This document shows positions 1-11,869 of a stretch of 64,000 bases of DNA, one piece after another. The stretch is from Basidiobolus meristosporus CBS 931.73 (Eukaryota > Fungi > Basidiobolomycota), in the NCBI GenBank assembly GCA_002104905.1, contig MCFE01000047.1, forward strand, positions 62,001-126,000, written 5' to 3'. Under the pieces are notes generated by a model. It worked only from the letters and a program-made list of their open reading frames with translations. It had not been told where the DNA came from and made no database searches. Made by a program: the position numbers and the translations under genes. How positions within the stretch are numbered: the stretch's first letter is position 1; every line of letters begins with the position of its first letter.

Positions 1-795
1 CTGGAGTGGTTCCAATTGTCAACGAGAATGACACCATCAGTGTGAACGAGATCAAATTTGGAGACAATGACACACTGAGTGCCATCACTGCAGGGATGGT
101 TCATGCGGACTATCTGTTCCTACTGACCGATGTGGACTGCTTGTACACTGATCAATCCTCGTACAAACCCTGATGCCAAGGTAGTGTCAAAGGTGACTGA
201 CATTGAGCAACTGAAGAGGGAGGTGAACGTAACAAGCCCTGGCAGTTCGGTCGGAACAGGAGGAATGGTGACCAAGCTGATTGCAGCTGAGTTGGCCACC
301 TCCGCCGGAGTCCACACAGTGATCACTCGAGGAAGCGAGCCAGAACGCGTGTTTGACATCATCGAGCACTACGAGGGCGGTGACAATGGCAAGAAGGCTT
401 CGGTCCCATTGCACACCTGCTTTATTGCCAAGTCAGTTCCCATGGTTGACCGCAAGTGGTGGATTCTACATGGGATCCACACTGCTGGTACAGTTGTGGT
501 TGATGAGGAATCTGCAAGCAAGCTGGCAAAAGACCCTAATGCACTCTCCAGCTCACACATTCTCCGCGTAGACGGACAATTTGTCCCTAATCAAGGAGTG
601 AGTATTGCGGTGGAGAAGCCCATCAACAAGAATGGTGAGATTGGCACGGTGATGGTCGGCAAAGGACTAGTCAACTATTCCAGCAAAGAACTCAACCGTA
701 TCAAGGGCTGTAAGGAGACCATGGTATCACAGATTCTTGGATGCAGCGAGTCGCCATTAGTTGTCGAGCAGGAAAATTATGTAGCCTTAGTTTAA
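1..795 (+). CDS. PRO1: Glutamate 5-kinase, 5'-truncated by the window edge; +1 frameshift at ~152-153
   Basis: Frame 3 from nt 3 reads [50 protein letters not shown]. Frame 1 continues NPRTNPDA...[15 protein letters not shown] and a PUA-like C-terminus. These are canonical G5K motifs; one extra base separates the two frames. Confidence 0.92.
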
Positions 796-1358
796 ACTTT
801 CAGAACAATGTCTCTCATATTAATTGGTGTTGTAGTTATATAGTTTCATGTGTATTTCTATCGATATATTCAGTAAAGAGTTCCAAAGCTAACCTAGAAA
901 TGCCGAGTTGCTCTCTAACTCAAAGGGATGGTAAAAACTAGTGCTCGTCCTCCAGATTCCTAGTCCACATGCGTTGGGTTTGATAGCCCACTATCTGAAA
1001 ATACAAACGCTACAGAAAATATGGTAGAAAAGCATCTGAAGCCTGAATAAATAAAAGATCGTGAATTTATTGCCACCAAAAGTAAAAGCATAATCATTAC
1101 ACAAAGGCATTGCTCTTGCTGAATCTTTCTGGTACAAACGTGGTATGGAATTAAATAGCTGTGTTTATTAAGATGTTACTTGGGTATTAGGGAAAAGATA
1201 GCCTTGAGAGATCAACTACTCAATAAGAAAACTGAACGTGAATGTGGTGGCTTTTCCTATGCCCTCTTGAGTCAGCACATGGATGATATTTGATGAGTGA
1301 TATAGATAGGTGGAGAATTTCACTGAACTATGCTAGATTTCAACTACAAGTAGCAGGA

Positions 1359-2302
1359 CTATTCATTATCACCAGAGTTGGAGTCACCATTGTCATCAGC
1401 ATCTCCACCATCATCCCCTTGATCGTCACTACCATCCCCACCCCCAGTACCATCATCTCCACCATTGTCACCTTGGTCATCAGCATCATCATTGCCATCG
1501 TCTCAACACCATCCCCGCCGTTGTTGCCTTCATCATCTGCACCATCGTCCCCTTGATTGTCAGCTTCACCACTACCATCATCTTCACCTTGGTCATCAGC
1601 ATCATCATTGCCATCGTCTTCAACACCATCCCCGCCGTTGTTGCCTTCATCATCTGCACCATCGTCCCCTTGATTGTCAGCTTCACCACTACCATCATCT
1701 TCACCTTGGTCATCAGCACTATCGCCGTCGTTATCATCGTCTTCACCACTATCACCAGCATCGGCGTCATCCTCACCGTTATCGTTGGCGTCTCCGTTGT
1801 CATTGCTATCCTCCCCATCGTCCTGGCCGTCTGCACTGTCGATTTCATCTTGGTCATTTGCATCACTCTCATTAGCGTCATCGCCTTGATCGTCCGTAGC
1901 TTCGTCAACATCACCGTCGTCACCATCACCGCCATCATCCCCTTGATCAGTACCATTGTCGCCAGTATTATCACCACCATCGCCCTGGTCGTTTGAAGTA
2001 TTATCAGAATCGGCAGTAAGACTCATGACACTGGCATCGTCCTCATTGATATCCCCATTACTCTCATCAGCCCCACCTGTGCCGTCGGTATCATCCGAAG
2101 AAGTTGGGAAGCCACAGATGGGTGTGCCATCATCGCTTGACTGGCAAACAGTCCCGGTGGCACACTGGATGACTTGCCAATCACTATTGTCGCAGATCTG
2201 GATCTCATCGCCGGAACATTGTAGTTGGCCATTGGTGCAATCGGCAGCAACATGGGAAGCCAAGGCCAAGGTGAACAGACCAATACTGGAGATGTACTTC
2301 AT
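1359..2302 (-). CDS. Secreted CBM19-like chitin-binding protein with Asp/Gly-rich tail, copy A (1-bp deletion at ~1503)
   Basis: Signal peptide MKYISSIGLFTLALASHVAA, then C-x6-C-x7-C-x9-C-x5-C-x9-C with conserved W, resembling the yeast Cts1 CBM19 spacing as recalled. Restoring one T at ~1503 gives the end ...GDSNSGDNE* (TAG 1359-1361), like the other paralogs. Confidence 0.85.
1471..1720 (-). repeat. 117-bp (39-aa) internal tandem repeat in copy A
   Basis: The unit start ccttggtcatcagc occurs at 1471, 1587 and 1704 (spacing 116 and 117); the shorter unit has cgtctcaac instead of cgtcttcaac. Confidence 0.9.
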
Positions 2303-2349
2303 GCTATGAATGCGAGAACTATGGGATTAGATGAACGCGGTGACTTAAA

Positions 2350-2357
2350 TTTATATA
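2350..2357 (-). promoter_or_regulatory. TATA box (TATATAAA) of copy A
   Basis: About 50 nt upstream of the ATG at 2302; conserved at the same position in copies B-E. Confidence 0.7.
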
Positions 2358-3119
2358 CGAGTTGTACCGGTGCCTCGCTACTAATATGGCGTAGAAATCT
2401 CCTGAGTTGCTTATTGTTTGGTTTTTAGAGACTCCGGAAATTCTATTGAGTTTGATTTTATTAGAGGTCATTAATGAGACCATAACATTAGTACTCCTTG
2501 GCAACTAGATTAAGATCAAAGGATTCTGGGGATAGAAATGATATTAATATAGTGTGCCATCTTTAATGCATTGCCTGTCTCAGCCTAACCCAGAACGAGC
2601 AAAATGCTAGTTTCATACACTGCTTGGTTAGTATGAACCTATTCCACCAAAAATGGTATCGCACTCCATTGAGCATTATTCCCTTATAAGGTAACATGCA
2701 ATATATAATCCTAGATGGGGGTCGAATTGTATGTTGGTGAAAGGTAGGAAAGAAACGTGCCAAGGTTGATTCGTCAAGGAGGTGTCCACAACTTTTGAGC
2801 AGATTGCGGAATGCAAGTGCAGATGACCTGTTTAGACAAGGCACATGAAATACGATAATAAGGGCTCCGAATTTATTGTCATCAAATATGCATGAGGCGA
2901 TCAATTTGTTGGACCTTTTCGGTATAAACGGGGTATGATAATAAGTGATTATGCGGGGTAGAGGATTAATTTGGTATTTATGCAATAGTATGGCTGGGAG
3001 ATCGGTTAATCCAAGAGAAAACCAAATGTGAATGTGGTGGCTCTTCCGGTGACTTCCAAAGCCAGCACATGGATGATATGTGAGGAGTGATGCAGAGAAT
3101 GGAAAGTTCTCACCGAACA

Positions 3120-3857
3120 CTACTCGTTTGCAATCACAAGTCCATCGCCACCAGTGTTAGAGTCACCATTGTCATTGTCCTGGTCGTCATCGTCGTTCGC
3201 ACCGTTGTCCCCATCACCCCCACTACCGTCACCATCGTTCCCTTGATCATCACCATCCCCACCGTCATTGGAATCATTACCTTGGCCCTCACCACCGTCA
3301 CCATCATTCCCGTCGTCGACCACTTGGTCACTAGCATCGTCCTCACCATTATCTCCGCCGTTATTACCTTCATCACTACCATCGTCTTCACTTTGGCCAT
3401 TAGTATCCTCACCATTATTATTATTATCGTCTTGACCATCATCCTCACCGTCATTGCCTTCATCCTCCCCATTGTCACCTTGAATATCGCCATTATCCCT
3501 TTGATCGGTGCCATCATCACCACTGTCTCCCTGGTCATCCGAAGTACTTGGCTGGTCATCGGTATCGACAGCAAGGCTGGTTACACTGGTATCGCCATCA
3601 TCGGTGTCTCCAGAACTCTCACCAACCCCACCTGCGCCGTCGGTATCATCTGAAGATGGTGGAAAGCCGCAGATGGGTGTGCCATCATCACTTGATTGGC
3701 AAACAGTCCCGGTGGCACACTGGATGACTTGCCAATCACTATTGTCGCAGATCTGGATCTCATCGCCGGAACATTGCAGCTGGCCATTGATGCAATCGGC
3801 AGCAACATGGGAAGCCAAGGCCAAGATGAACAGACCAATACTGGGGATGTTCTTCAT
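3120..3857 (-). CDS. Secreted CBM19-like protein with acidic tail, copy B (intact, 245 aa)
   Basis: Uninterrupted ORF: signal peptide, 6-Cys module nearly identical to copy A, D/G/N/E tail, no hydrophobic C-terminus. Confidence 0.88.
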   Translation of the reverse strand: MKNIPSIGLFILALASHVAADCINGQLQCSGDEIQICDNSDWQVIQCATGTVCQSSDDGTPICGFPPSSDDTDGAGGVGESSGDTDDGDTSVTSLAVDTDDQPSTSDDQGDSGDDGTDQRDNGDIQGDNGEDEGNDGEDDGQDDNNNNGEDTNGQSEDDGSDEGNNGGDNGEDDASDQVVDDGNDGDGGEGQGNDSNDGGDGDDQGNDGDGSGGDGDNGANDDDDQDNDNGDSNTGGDGLVIANE

Positions 3858-3915
3858 GCTATGCTGATGCCATGAATGCGAGAACTATAGGATTAGATGA
3901 ACTCGGTGACTCAAG

Positions 3916-3923
3916 TTTATATA
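3916..3923 (-). promoter_or_regulatory. TATA box of copy B
   Basis: TATATAAA about 60 nt upstream of the ATG at 3857, in the conserved context tacaactcgTATATAAA. Confidence 0.7.
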
Positions 3924-4593
3924 CGAGTTGTAGCGGTAGTTCGCCTAATATGCAGGAAGCTCCTATTCACTTATTGCTTGGTTTCAGAGTCCCCTAAATA
4001 TCCGATGATTCTGAATTCAGAGGTGGTTGTTAATACACTTTGGCATGTAAATCTAGTTCGACAGATATTGGGTAGCCAAATGATATCAATATCATGAGCA
4101 ATCTTGAGTGTAATGCGTGTGTTAGCCCACCCCAGAATGTGTCAGATGACAGTTCTATACATTACTTGATCTATACAATCAAAAGCGGCACTGCGCATCA
4201 TTGAACTTTATTTCCTTAAAAGGCAACTCAGAGAAATCTAAGTAGATGAGAAGTCAATGGGATTGTTTGCATGATTATTTGCGCATTCTAGAGACATTTT
4301 CGACAATTTGACTCCAAGTGAAATCTCAAAAAATCCATATATGCATTATTATAAGCTCAAGATGGGATATTGAAAATCGAATTGAGGCCACTGTAGTTAT
4401 CAGCTTACATTTATTACTGGTGTCAACCAAACCTAGAGTGGTTGGTCCTTATAGGCAAGTCAATCATAAATACAGATGCACAGGCGTAGACCAATGCTGG
4501 AAGGATAAACATCCATGAAGTGTTTTAGCTAGACTATGTATGCAGGCATATGAGCTATTTTGACGATATGTGGGTATTTGTATCTGTCATAAC

Positions 4594-4707
4594 AGCAAAG
4601 GACTCATCCGAATCAAGGGCTTTAAAGAGGCAAGGAACTCCAAGATCCATAGTTACAACGAATTCTCACCGGTAGTGGAGCAAGAAACCTATGGCACACT
4701 TGTACAA
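4594..4707 (+). pseudogene. Relic of the PRO1 3' end
   Basis: SKGLIRIKGFKEARNSKIHSYNEFSPVVEQETYGTLV aligns without gaps to the PRO1 C-terminus [37 protein letters not shown] (nt 682-795), about 20 of 37 residues identical. Confidence 0.8.
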
Positions 4708-5301
4708 TCTCCTGCCAAGTTAAACAGTCATCATTTTATGGTCCAACTATTGAGCAAATAAATATGAGCAATCTTGCGTGCAGTTCCTGTGTTTGCTCAA
4801 GCCGAATGAGTTCGATTTTGACATATATTTTCTGACTACATTTAATCTATACAGCTCGACAATAGTGCTGAACACTTTGTACTTCCTTATAGGACCATCA
4901 ACCTAAGTCCAAGTGTATGATTATGGAATTATGAAACTTATGTCTGTTGCTTGACGACATTTCTAAATGCTCCAGTATCCACAAGATTGTAAAAGCAAGA
5001 ACAAACGGTTTGTTTATATGAGTGTGAGATAAGTATCCTGAATTAATTACCACTACATCCGACCACAAAATCCCATTTTTGGCATAGTCCTAATGATCTC
5101 TAATTTCTGATTGTTTTCGTTCAACGAGTATTTGTGGAGGAATATGAATGAGAGATCAGCTACCAGAAAAAACTGAATGTGAGGACAATCACTTTTCCCA
5201 TGGCTTCCTGAAGAAGTACACGGATGACAAGTGATGTGCGATATGGTTGATAGTGAGATTTCAATAAACTTTGATGGTTTTCAATTATTCGCAGCAAGGT
5301 A

Positions 5302-5789
5302 CTACCCGTCATCCTCAAGGTTAGTGTTACCATCGTCTCCACTCGCTTCATTATCGATTTCACCATTTCCATCGCCACTGGTATTATCTCCGTTGTCTTC
5401 ACCGTCTTCCGTATCATCGCTATCGTCTTCACCATCATTGCCAGTGCCATCGCTATCATCTCTTTGGCCATTTGAAGTACTCTCCTGATTATCAGTATCG
5501 GCAGCAATACTGGTTGCGCCAGTGTCGCCATCGTTAGCGTCTCCACCACTTTCACCAACCCCACCTGTGGTGTCGGTATCATCTGAAGAAGCTGGAAAGC
5601 TACAGATGGGTGTGCCATCATCGCTTGACTGGCAAACAGTCCCGGTGGCGCACTGGATGACCTGCCAATTGCTGTTGTCGCAGATCTGGATCTCATCGCC
5701 GGAGCATTGTAGCTGGCCATTGGTGCAATCGGCAGCAACATGGGAAGCCAAGCCAAGGTGAACAGACTTATGCTAGAGATGTACTTCAT
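5302..5789 (-). CDS. Secreted CBM19-like protein, copy C (short tail; 1-bp deletion at ~5752 in the signal peptide)
   Basis: Reads gaagccaagccaagg where paralogs read gaagccaaggccaagg. Restoring one G joins MKYISSISLFTLA to LASHVAADCTNG...NLEDDG*. Confidence 0.8.
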
Positions 5790-5847
5790 GTTTTGCGGAT
5801 GCTGTGAATGTGAAAGCTATGAGATCAAACTAATGCGAGAACGCAAA

Positions 5848-5855
5848 TTTATATA
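5848..5855 (-). promoter_or_regulatory. TATA box of copy C
   Basis: TATATAAA about 60 nt upstream of the ATG at 5789. Confidence 0.7.
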
Positions 5856-6509
5856 CGACCTGTAATGGGACTTTGCCTCCTAAATTACTTATTGCCTAGT
5901 TTCAGAAAATTGCTGATTCTGGATCCTCCAGAAGTTGTCAATTAAAAGGAAGCATGAATACTCCTTGACATCTAGAACAAGATTGAAGGATAGTGAGAAC
6001 ACAAATGAAATTAATAATAGGAATTGCCTTGATTGTAATACTAGCGCTAACCTAACCTAGGTTGAGTTAGATGCTGGATTTGTAAGTCGACTTACTTGTT
6101 TAAGCCAATCCATGTGAAGTAAAGTGAGCTTCATTCTTTTCATGGCGGCACAAATGAACAATCCTTGCGGATGCCAAGTCGGATTTGATAGTAAAGGAAT
6201 GGCCCACAGAACGTAAACAAGAAATCTATAACAGTTGTGACATTCCTAATAGGCCCTCATCTTTGGACACTATGTACTGAAGGTTGAAATGATCTGATAG
6301 GACTGGTGTACCGGATATGACAAATGTACTGTTTATTTTGCACTGAGGGTATCAATTCTGTTAGACCTTTTTGATGTAGACATGGATAATCAGATCAGTG
6401 ATTATATTGGGCATCCATGGAAAAATATGAATGATACATCAGTTACTCCAGAAGAAAACCTCATGCAGGTGCGTTGGCTCATTCCTTGACTCCCCAAGCC
6501 AACACATGG

Positions 6510-7010
6510 ATAATGTTTCATCGTTGCCATCATCACCGGTATCACCTTGATCGTCTCCATTATCAGCTCCTTGTCGGTACTACCATCCCCACCGTCTTGT
6601 CCATCTTCACTATCATCACCCTGAAAGGCACCATCATCTTCCCCGTCATCCCCGTCGTCGCCAGTATCATCGCCACCATCTCCCCGGTCATCCGAAGTAA
6701 TTAGCTGGTTGTCAGTATCAACAGTAAAGCTGGTTGCACTGGTATCAGTATCATCGGTGTCTCCAATACTATCATCAACCCTGCTTATATCGTCAGTGTT
6801 GTCTGAAGAAGCTGGAAAGCCATAGATGGGTGTGCCGTCATCGCTTGACTGGCAAACAGTCCCGGTGGCACGCTAGATGACTTGCCAATTACTATTGTCG
6901 CAGATCTGGATCTCGTCGCCGGAACATTGTAGCTGGCCATTGGTGCAATCGGCAGCAACATGGCAGGTCAAGGCCCAGGTGAACAGACTTATGCTAGAGA
7001 TGTACTTCAT
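6510..7010 (-). pseudogene. CBM19-like copy D, pseudogene
   Basis: ATG at 7010. In-frame TAG at 6873-6875 (CAG>TAG), Cys>Arg and Cys>Tyr changes in the module, and a further -1 frameshift at ~6572. The 3' end is approximate. Confidence 0.85.
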
Positions 7011-7068
7011 GCTATACGGCTACTGTGCAAGTGAGAAATATGAGATCCAACAAGCGAGAGAACGCAAG

Positions 7069-7076
7069 TTTATATA
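7069..7076 (-). promoter_or_regulatory. TATA box of copy D
   Basis: TATATAAA about 60 nt upstream of the ATG at 7010. Confidence 0.6.
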
Positions 7077-7542
7077 TGAGTTGTAATGATACTTGTCCTA
7101 ATATGGCGTGGAAAGCTCCCAATGGTGGTTTCATATATATCATCATCGATATGAACTTTGATAGCCGAAAGCGGTGTTTGATTTCCTCGGAAGGTAAATC
7201 AAAATAAACAATTGCTGCAAACGAAGTACAGGATCAATTAATAGGGAAAGTGCCTACAACAACCAGCTATCAGGTCGTGTGAGCAAGAAAGAGAACCAAC
7301 TATATGATAAAAAGACCTTGGATTTATTGCCGCTTTTTGGTATAGACATGGTATAATCAAATAGGTGATTGTGTTGATTTCGATATTGCATGGGTATTCG
7401 TGGAAAAATATGAATGAGAGATCAACTGCTCCAAAAGAAAACTGATTGTGAGGGCATTGCCACATGAATCAAAAGTGATGAGTGGTATAAGTAGAAAAAT
7501 TTCTTCGAACTCTGCTGGCTATCAACCACCAGTACCTGGGTT

Positions 7543-8424
<882 letters not shown>

Positions 8425-8899
8425 GTTATGCGGGTGCTGTGAGTGTGAAAACTATGAGATCAAACTAATGCGAGAACGCAAGTTTATATGTGAGTTGTAA
8501 TGGGACCTGACCTAATATATTGGAGGCTCCTAAGATATTTATTGCTTGGTTTCAGAATCCCCGGGTTGATTCTGAGTCCTGAGAAAGTTGCTAATTAAAG
8601 GTAGCATAAATGCTCCTTGGCACTTGGGTCAAATTTATTGCAATTTCTGGCGCATTTCCTGTGTTAGCCAAACTCAAGATTGGATCCGAATAGCCAATAA
8701 CGGTGTTGAGCTTTATTTCCTCTTAAGACAACCCACAATGAACAATCGTATCCAATTTGAAGGAGAAGTAGGATTATGTAGGTGTAAGAAATTTGCGAAG
8801 ATCGAGGCATTCTGGAAGGGTTGGCAATTGTTGGGCACCAAGTAGAATGCAAGGAAACGTGGATTATTCAGGCTAAAACTTCCGTCCCGCTGGAAGGGA

Positions 8900-8907
8900 T
8901 ATATAAG
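8900..8907 (+). promoter_or_regulatory. TATA-like box (TATATAAG) of copy F
   Basis: About 55 nt upstream of the ATG at 8962, in the divergent E/F intergenic region. Confidence 0.55.
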
Positions 8908-8961
8908 CTACCAAGAAGTTCTCAACCTGAATAACCCAACTAACCCATCCCTTATTAAATC

Positions 8962-9786
8962 ATGAGATCATCTGGTAAATTAATGCTCGCCTCCCTCTTT
9001 CTATTGACTAAGGTAGCAGCGGATTGTAGCAATGGCGTAGTAAAATGCTCTGAAGGCTCGATTCGGATGTGCGATAACAACACGTGGAAGAAGATCCAGT
9101 GTGCTACTGGCACAGTTTGCCAATCCACAAAAAAGGGTTATGTCATATGCGGCTATGATGACTCCAATGAGCAAGATGCTTACGCTGGAAATGCCTCGAA
9201 CGATGCCCTGGATGAAGAAGAGATAGAGGAGGAAGCTGAGGAAGAAAATGAGAGTAAATATTCGTCCGACTTGGAAGAAACAACTAACGAAAGTAATGGG
9301 GGAGATGCCAATGAGGGTGATGAAGATGATGAAGGAGAAAGTAACGTCAGTTACCCTAACAATCATGAGGACCCCGATGAAACAAACACTGTACAGAGTG
9401 ATTCTAAGGATTACGATGCCGGTTCCGATGGTAAAAAGGATCCCGACTATACCAACGACAACGAGGGTAACTCTGCGGATCAGCCCGAATATCCAAAGGA
9501 TGCCATCGAAAATCAAGAAAATAACTCTACTCCCGTGAATGATTCCGAGGAAGCTGGTGTAAAAGAAGTAGTAGCCCCTGTTGCAGAAAACAAAGACCAA
9601 GGGGAGAACGATTACAAGAGTCCAGAGTATGAAAATGCCGTAAATAACAACCCTCAGGAAGAAAATGTCGAGAGTGAGATGCAAGATATGGGAAAGGCGC
9701 CTGACCAAGATGATGGCGCGAATGTGGTAGAAAATGGTGAAGCAGAGGTACCCAGCGAGAATGCCAGTCCCACTGAGGATCATTAA
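8962..9786 (+). CDS. Diverged secreted CBM19-like protein, copy F, Glu/Asp/Asn-rich tail (274 aa)
   Basis: Signal peptide, then DCSNGVVKCSEGSIRMCDNNTWKKIQCATGTVCQSTKKGYVICGY with the same Cys spacing, then an acidic low-complexity tail. Confidence 0.88.
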   Translation: MRSSGKLMLASLFLLTKVAADCSNGVVKCSEGSIRMCDNNTWKKIQCATGTVCQSTKKGYVICGYDDSNEQDAYAGNASNDALDEEEIEEEAEEENESKYSSDLEETTNESNGGDANEGDEDDEGESNVSYPNNHEDPDETNTVQSDSKDYDAGSDGKKDPDYTNDNEGNSADQPEYPKDAIENQENNSTPVNDSEEAGVKEVVAPVAENKDQGENDYKSPEYENAVNNNPQEENVESEMQDMGKAPDQDDGANVVENGEAEVPSENASPTEDH

Positions 9787-9894
9787 GAACTGTAAACCAA
9801 GAGAACCAACGCTAGATAATTAGAATAAAAATGCCGCTCCGATCGGTTAAAGTAACCACTATGGGGGCGTTGCCATTTATTTTTGCTCGCTAAT

Positions 9895-10329
9895 CTATAA
9901 TTCCATCATTCTTTTCAACATCCTTGGATCACCGTGGGTATCTGGGGCTTTATTGCCATTTACGTCCTTCCTCCCTGGGGGCTTCTCCTCCTTCTTGGTG
10001 TCATCATTTGAATCTTCCATTCCCTCTTCAGAAACCTCCGTTGTATCCACAGCTGATACAGGCTCTTTAAGGCTGTTCGATTTGGTGGTATCCATTGCAC
10101 TGTTGGTGTGTGCATCATTGGGCTCTGGATATGTACAAATCACTGCCTTTTCCTCAGTTGATGTGCATACGGTCCCGTCACCACAATTGCGTGTAATCCA
10201 CGCACCATTGGAGCAGTGATCATATTGATTCGGTATACTGTTGCACTTCATCTCCCCATTGATACATTCTGCACTCAACGAAGCCAGCGAGCTAAGGAAT
10301 AATAGGGAAAGGTACAGTGTTGATTTCAT
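9895..10329 (-). CDS. Diverged secreted CBM19-like protein, copy G (144 aa; start at MKSTLY)
   Basis: Signal peptide MKSTLYLSLLFLSSLASLSA, then ECINGEMKCNSIPNQYDHCSNGAWITRNCGDGTVCTSTEEKAVIC. A TATATATA run lies about 45 nt upstream. Confidence 0.82.
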   Translation of the reverse strand: MKSTLYLSLLFLSSLASLSAECINGEMKCNSIPNQYDHCSNGAWITRNCGDGTVCTSTEEKAVICTYPEPNDAHTNSAMDTTKSNSLKEPVSAVDTTEVSEEGMEDSNDDTKKEEKPPGRKDVNGNKAPDTHGDPRMLKRMMEL

Positions 10330-11079
10330 TTCGTCGGAGATGATGAACTTCTCTAAACGTTCCCCACAAATATATATATAGTCGAAGTGACACCCAGATG
10401 CACTGTTAACTCGTCGTGCTGAATTCAACGGAACTTTTGATTACTGCATCGTACAGCTTAATTATTCCCCAAATTGGCTCATATCGGGTGGGACTTAGGC
10501 AGGAAGCTTGGGTGGGGTACATGTGCTGCTGCAGGTGCAATCCCGATCCCATAGAATTTATACGGTCGTGGTCTTATACAATGATTCAACGTTCATACTT
10601 GAAGATACTCAATCAGTATTTCAGCACTCTCCCTCTACCAAGTAATATCTAAATCTCTCTATCTCTTTGAGTCTCTCAAATTGAATCCTATTTAATGGCC
10701 TGGCCAAGATATCTGCTATCATTTTGTGAGGTGGATAATACACTGAGTCTATCAGCTAATTCTCAACTGCTTCTCCAACAAAGTGACGTTAGATATCTAT
10801 ATGCTTGGTTCTGGCATGAGTAGTAAACGCTCTAGCAAATGAAATATCACCTTGATTATCTTCAAAATTACATATTTACAATTCAAATCCAATGCATAAG
10901 TCTCTGAGTAACTCTCATAAGCTTTACCTACCATGTACTCTAGTGTACGCTTGTATCATCATTATGGTATATTGTGAGAATTGAGATATTTGCTTTGCAG
11001 CATCAATCATATTTAATCCAGTATTTTTATTGATTGACTAACACTACACAATCACACACCCTAAGAAAAAAAATTAAGA

Positions 11080-11400
11080 AAAGGCTAGCAAAATACCATC
11101 ATAATATCAGCTGATTCCCAAGTTTCTCAAAATTGACCACTCCCAATATCTCTGTTGTTAGCTGATGGGCAGGCAAGCAAACAAATTCTCCAGGAGGAGA
11201 CTAGGCCAACTAATATCCATTCCAAATTTGGTAATTAACTGCCCATTACTTCCACCAGAAATTGCATTTGAAATTTTGAACCAAAAACACCAGCTGAATA
11301 CCAGCAAAATACCATTAGAATACCAGCAGAATACCAGCTGCAAATCAGACAAATTCCAAGTTTGAGATTTTTCATAGGGACATAGACTGATAGGGTAATT
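11080..11400. repeat. Unclassified interspersed repeat 'U' (second copy ~40480-41120)
   Basis: gctgatgggcaggcaagcaaac...ggccaacta...aaatttggta matches 40565-40640; contains repeated aataccagc units. Confidence 0.6.
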
Positions 11401-11492
11401 AAGGTCCAGAGTTGAGTTGGTATGAGCAACATTGACTGTGCTTTACTAAGCTGAAGGCTTATGTTGTAGTGATTCAATTCTCACCCACACTG

Positions 11493-11848
11493 TGTTGTAA
11501 TAGTTTTGGAGATATTGGAAGTGATTGGGATAACAAGTAGATTATGTAGGTATCACTTAATGACTTACTGAATGCTGAAGTAGTATTTATATTTCTACAT
11601 GGCCTTAGAAAACCAAACATGTAGAATATGCTTAGAAAGCCCTCATAAATTTGAGGTAGTTAGGCCAAGTATGAGAAATCTTATGTTATGGGCACCATAT
11701 GTATTGGGGGTAAATATTCTATGTAAGTTTCAAAAAGGTATTTGCTCAGAATTCCCTAAAATATGTAGGTAATGATCCAAATGTCAATGTTGGGTGAATA
11801 CTTAGGTGCAATTATAAAGTTTGGTGCAAGTTACAAATTTCTACAACA
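11493..11848 (-). mobile_element. Diverged copia-family LTR with adjacent PPT remnant
   Basis: TGTTG...CAACA termini, similar to the LTRs at 14084 and 18086, followed by ttcccactca (compare ctcccactcagc after other 3' LTRs). Confidence 0.75.
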
Positions 11849-11869
11849 TTCCCACTCAACCCAGTATTC

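Noticed and set aside
1340-1500. C-terminus ...VETMAMMMLM... of the 320-aa ORF
   Set aside because: Results from the 1-bp deletion at ~1503; the paralog-like end is at 1359.
2563-3120. 185-aa ORF directly downstream of copy B
   Set aside because: Lies in spacer DNA homologous to the other inter-copy spacers, which keep no ORF; no recognisable motif.
1290-3867. Overlapping Ile/Val/Thr-, His- or Ser-rich ORFs over copies A and B (also 5160-5789, 5231-5761, 9001-9783, 9248-9538)
   Set aside because: Shadow frames produced by GAY/GGN-rich low-complexity coding sequence.
10330-10428. N-terminal extension of the 177-aa ORF
   Set aside because: It crosses the TATA-like run; the signal peptide begins at the ATG at 10329.
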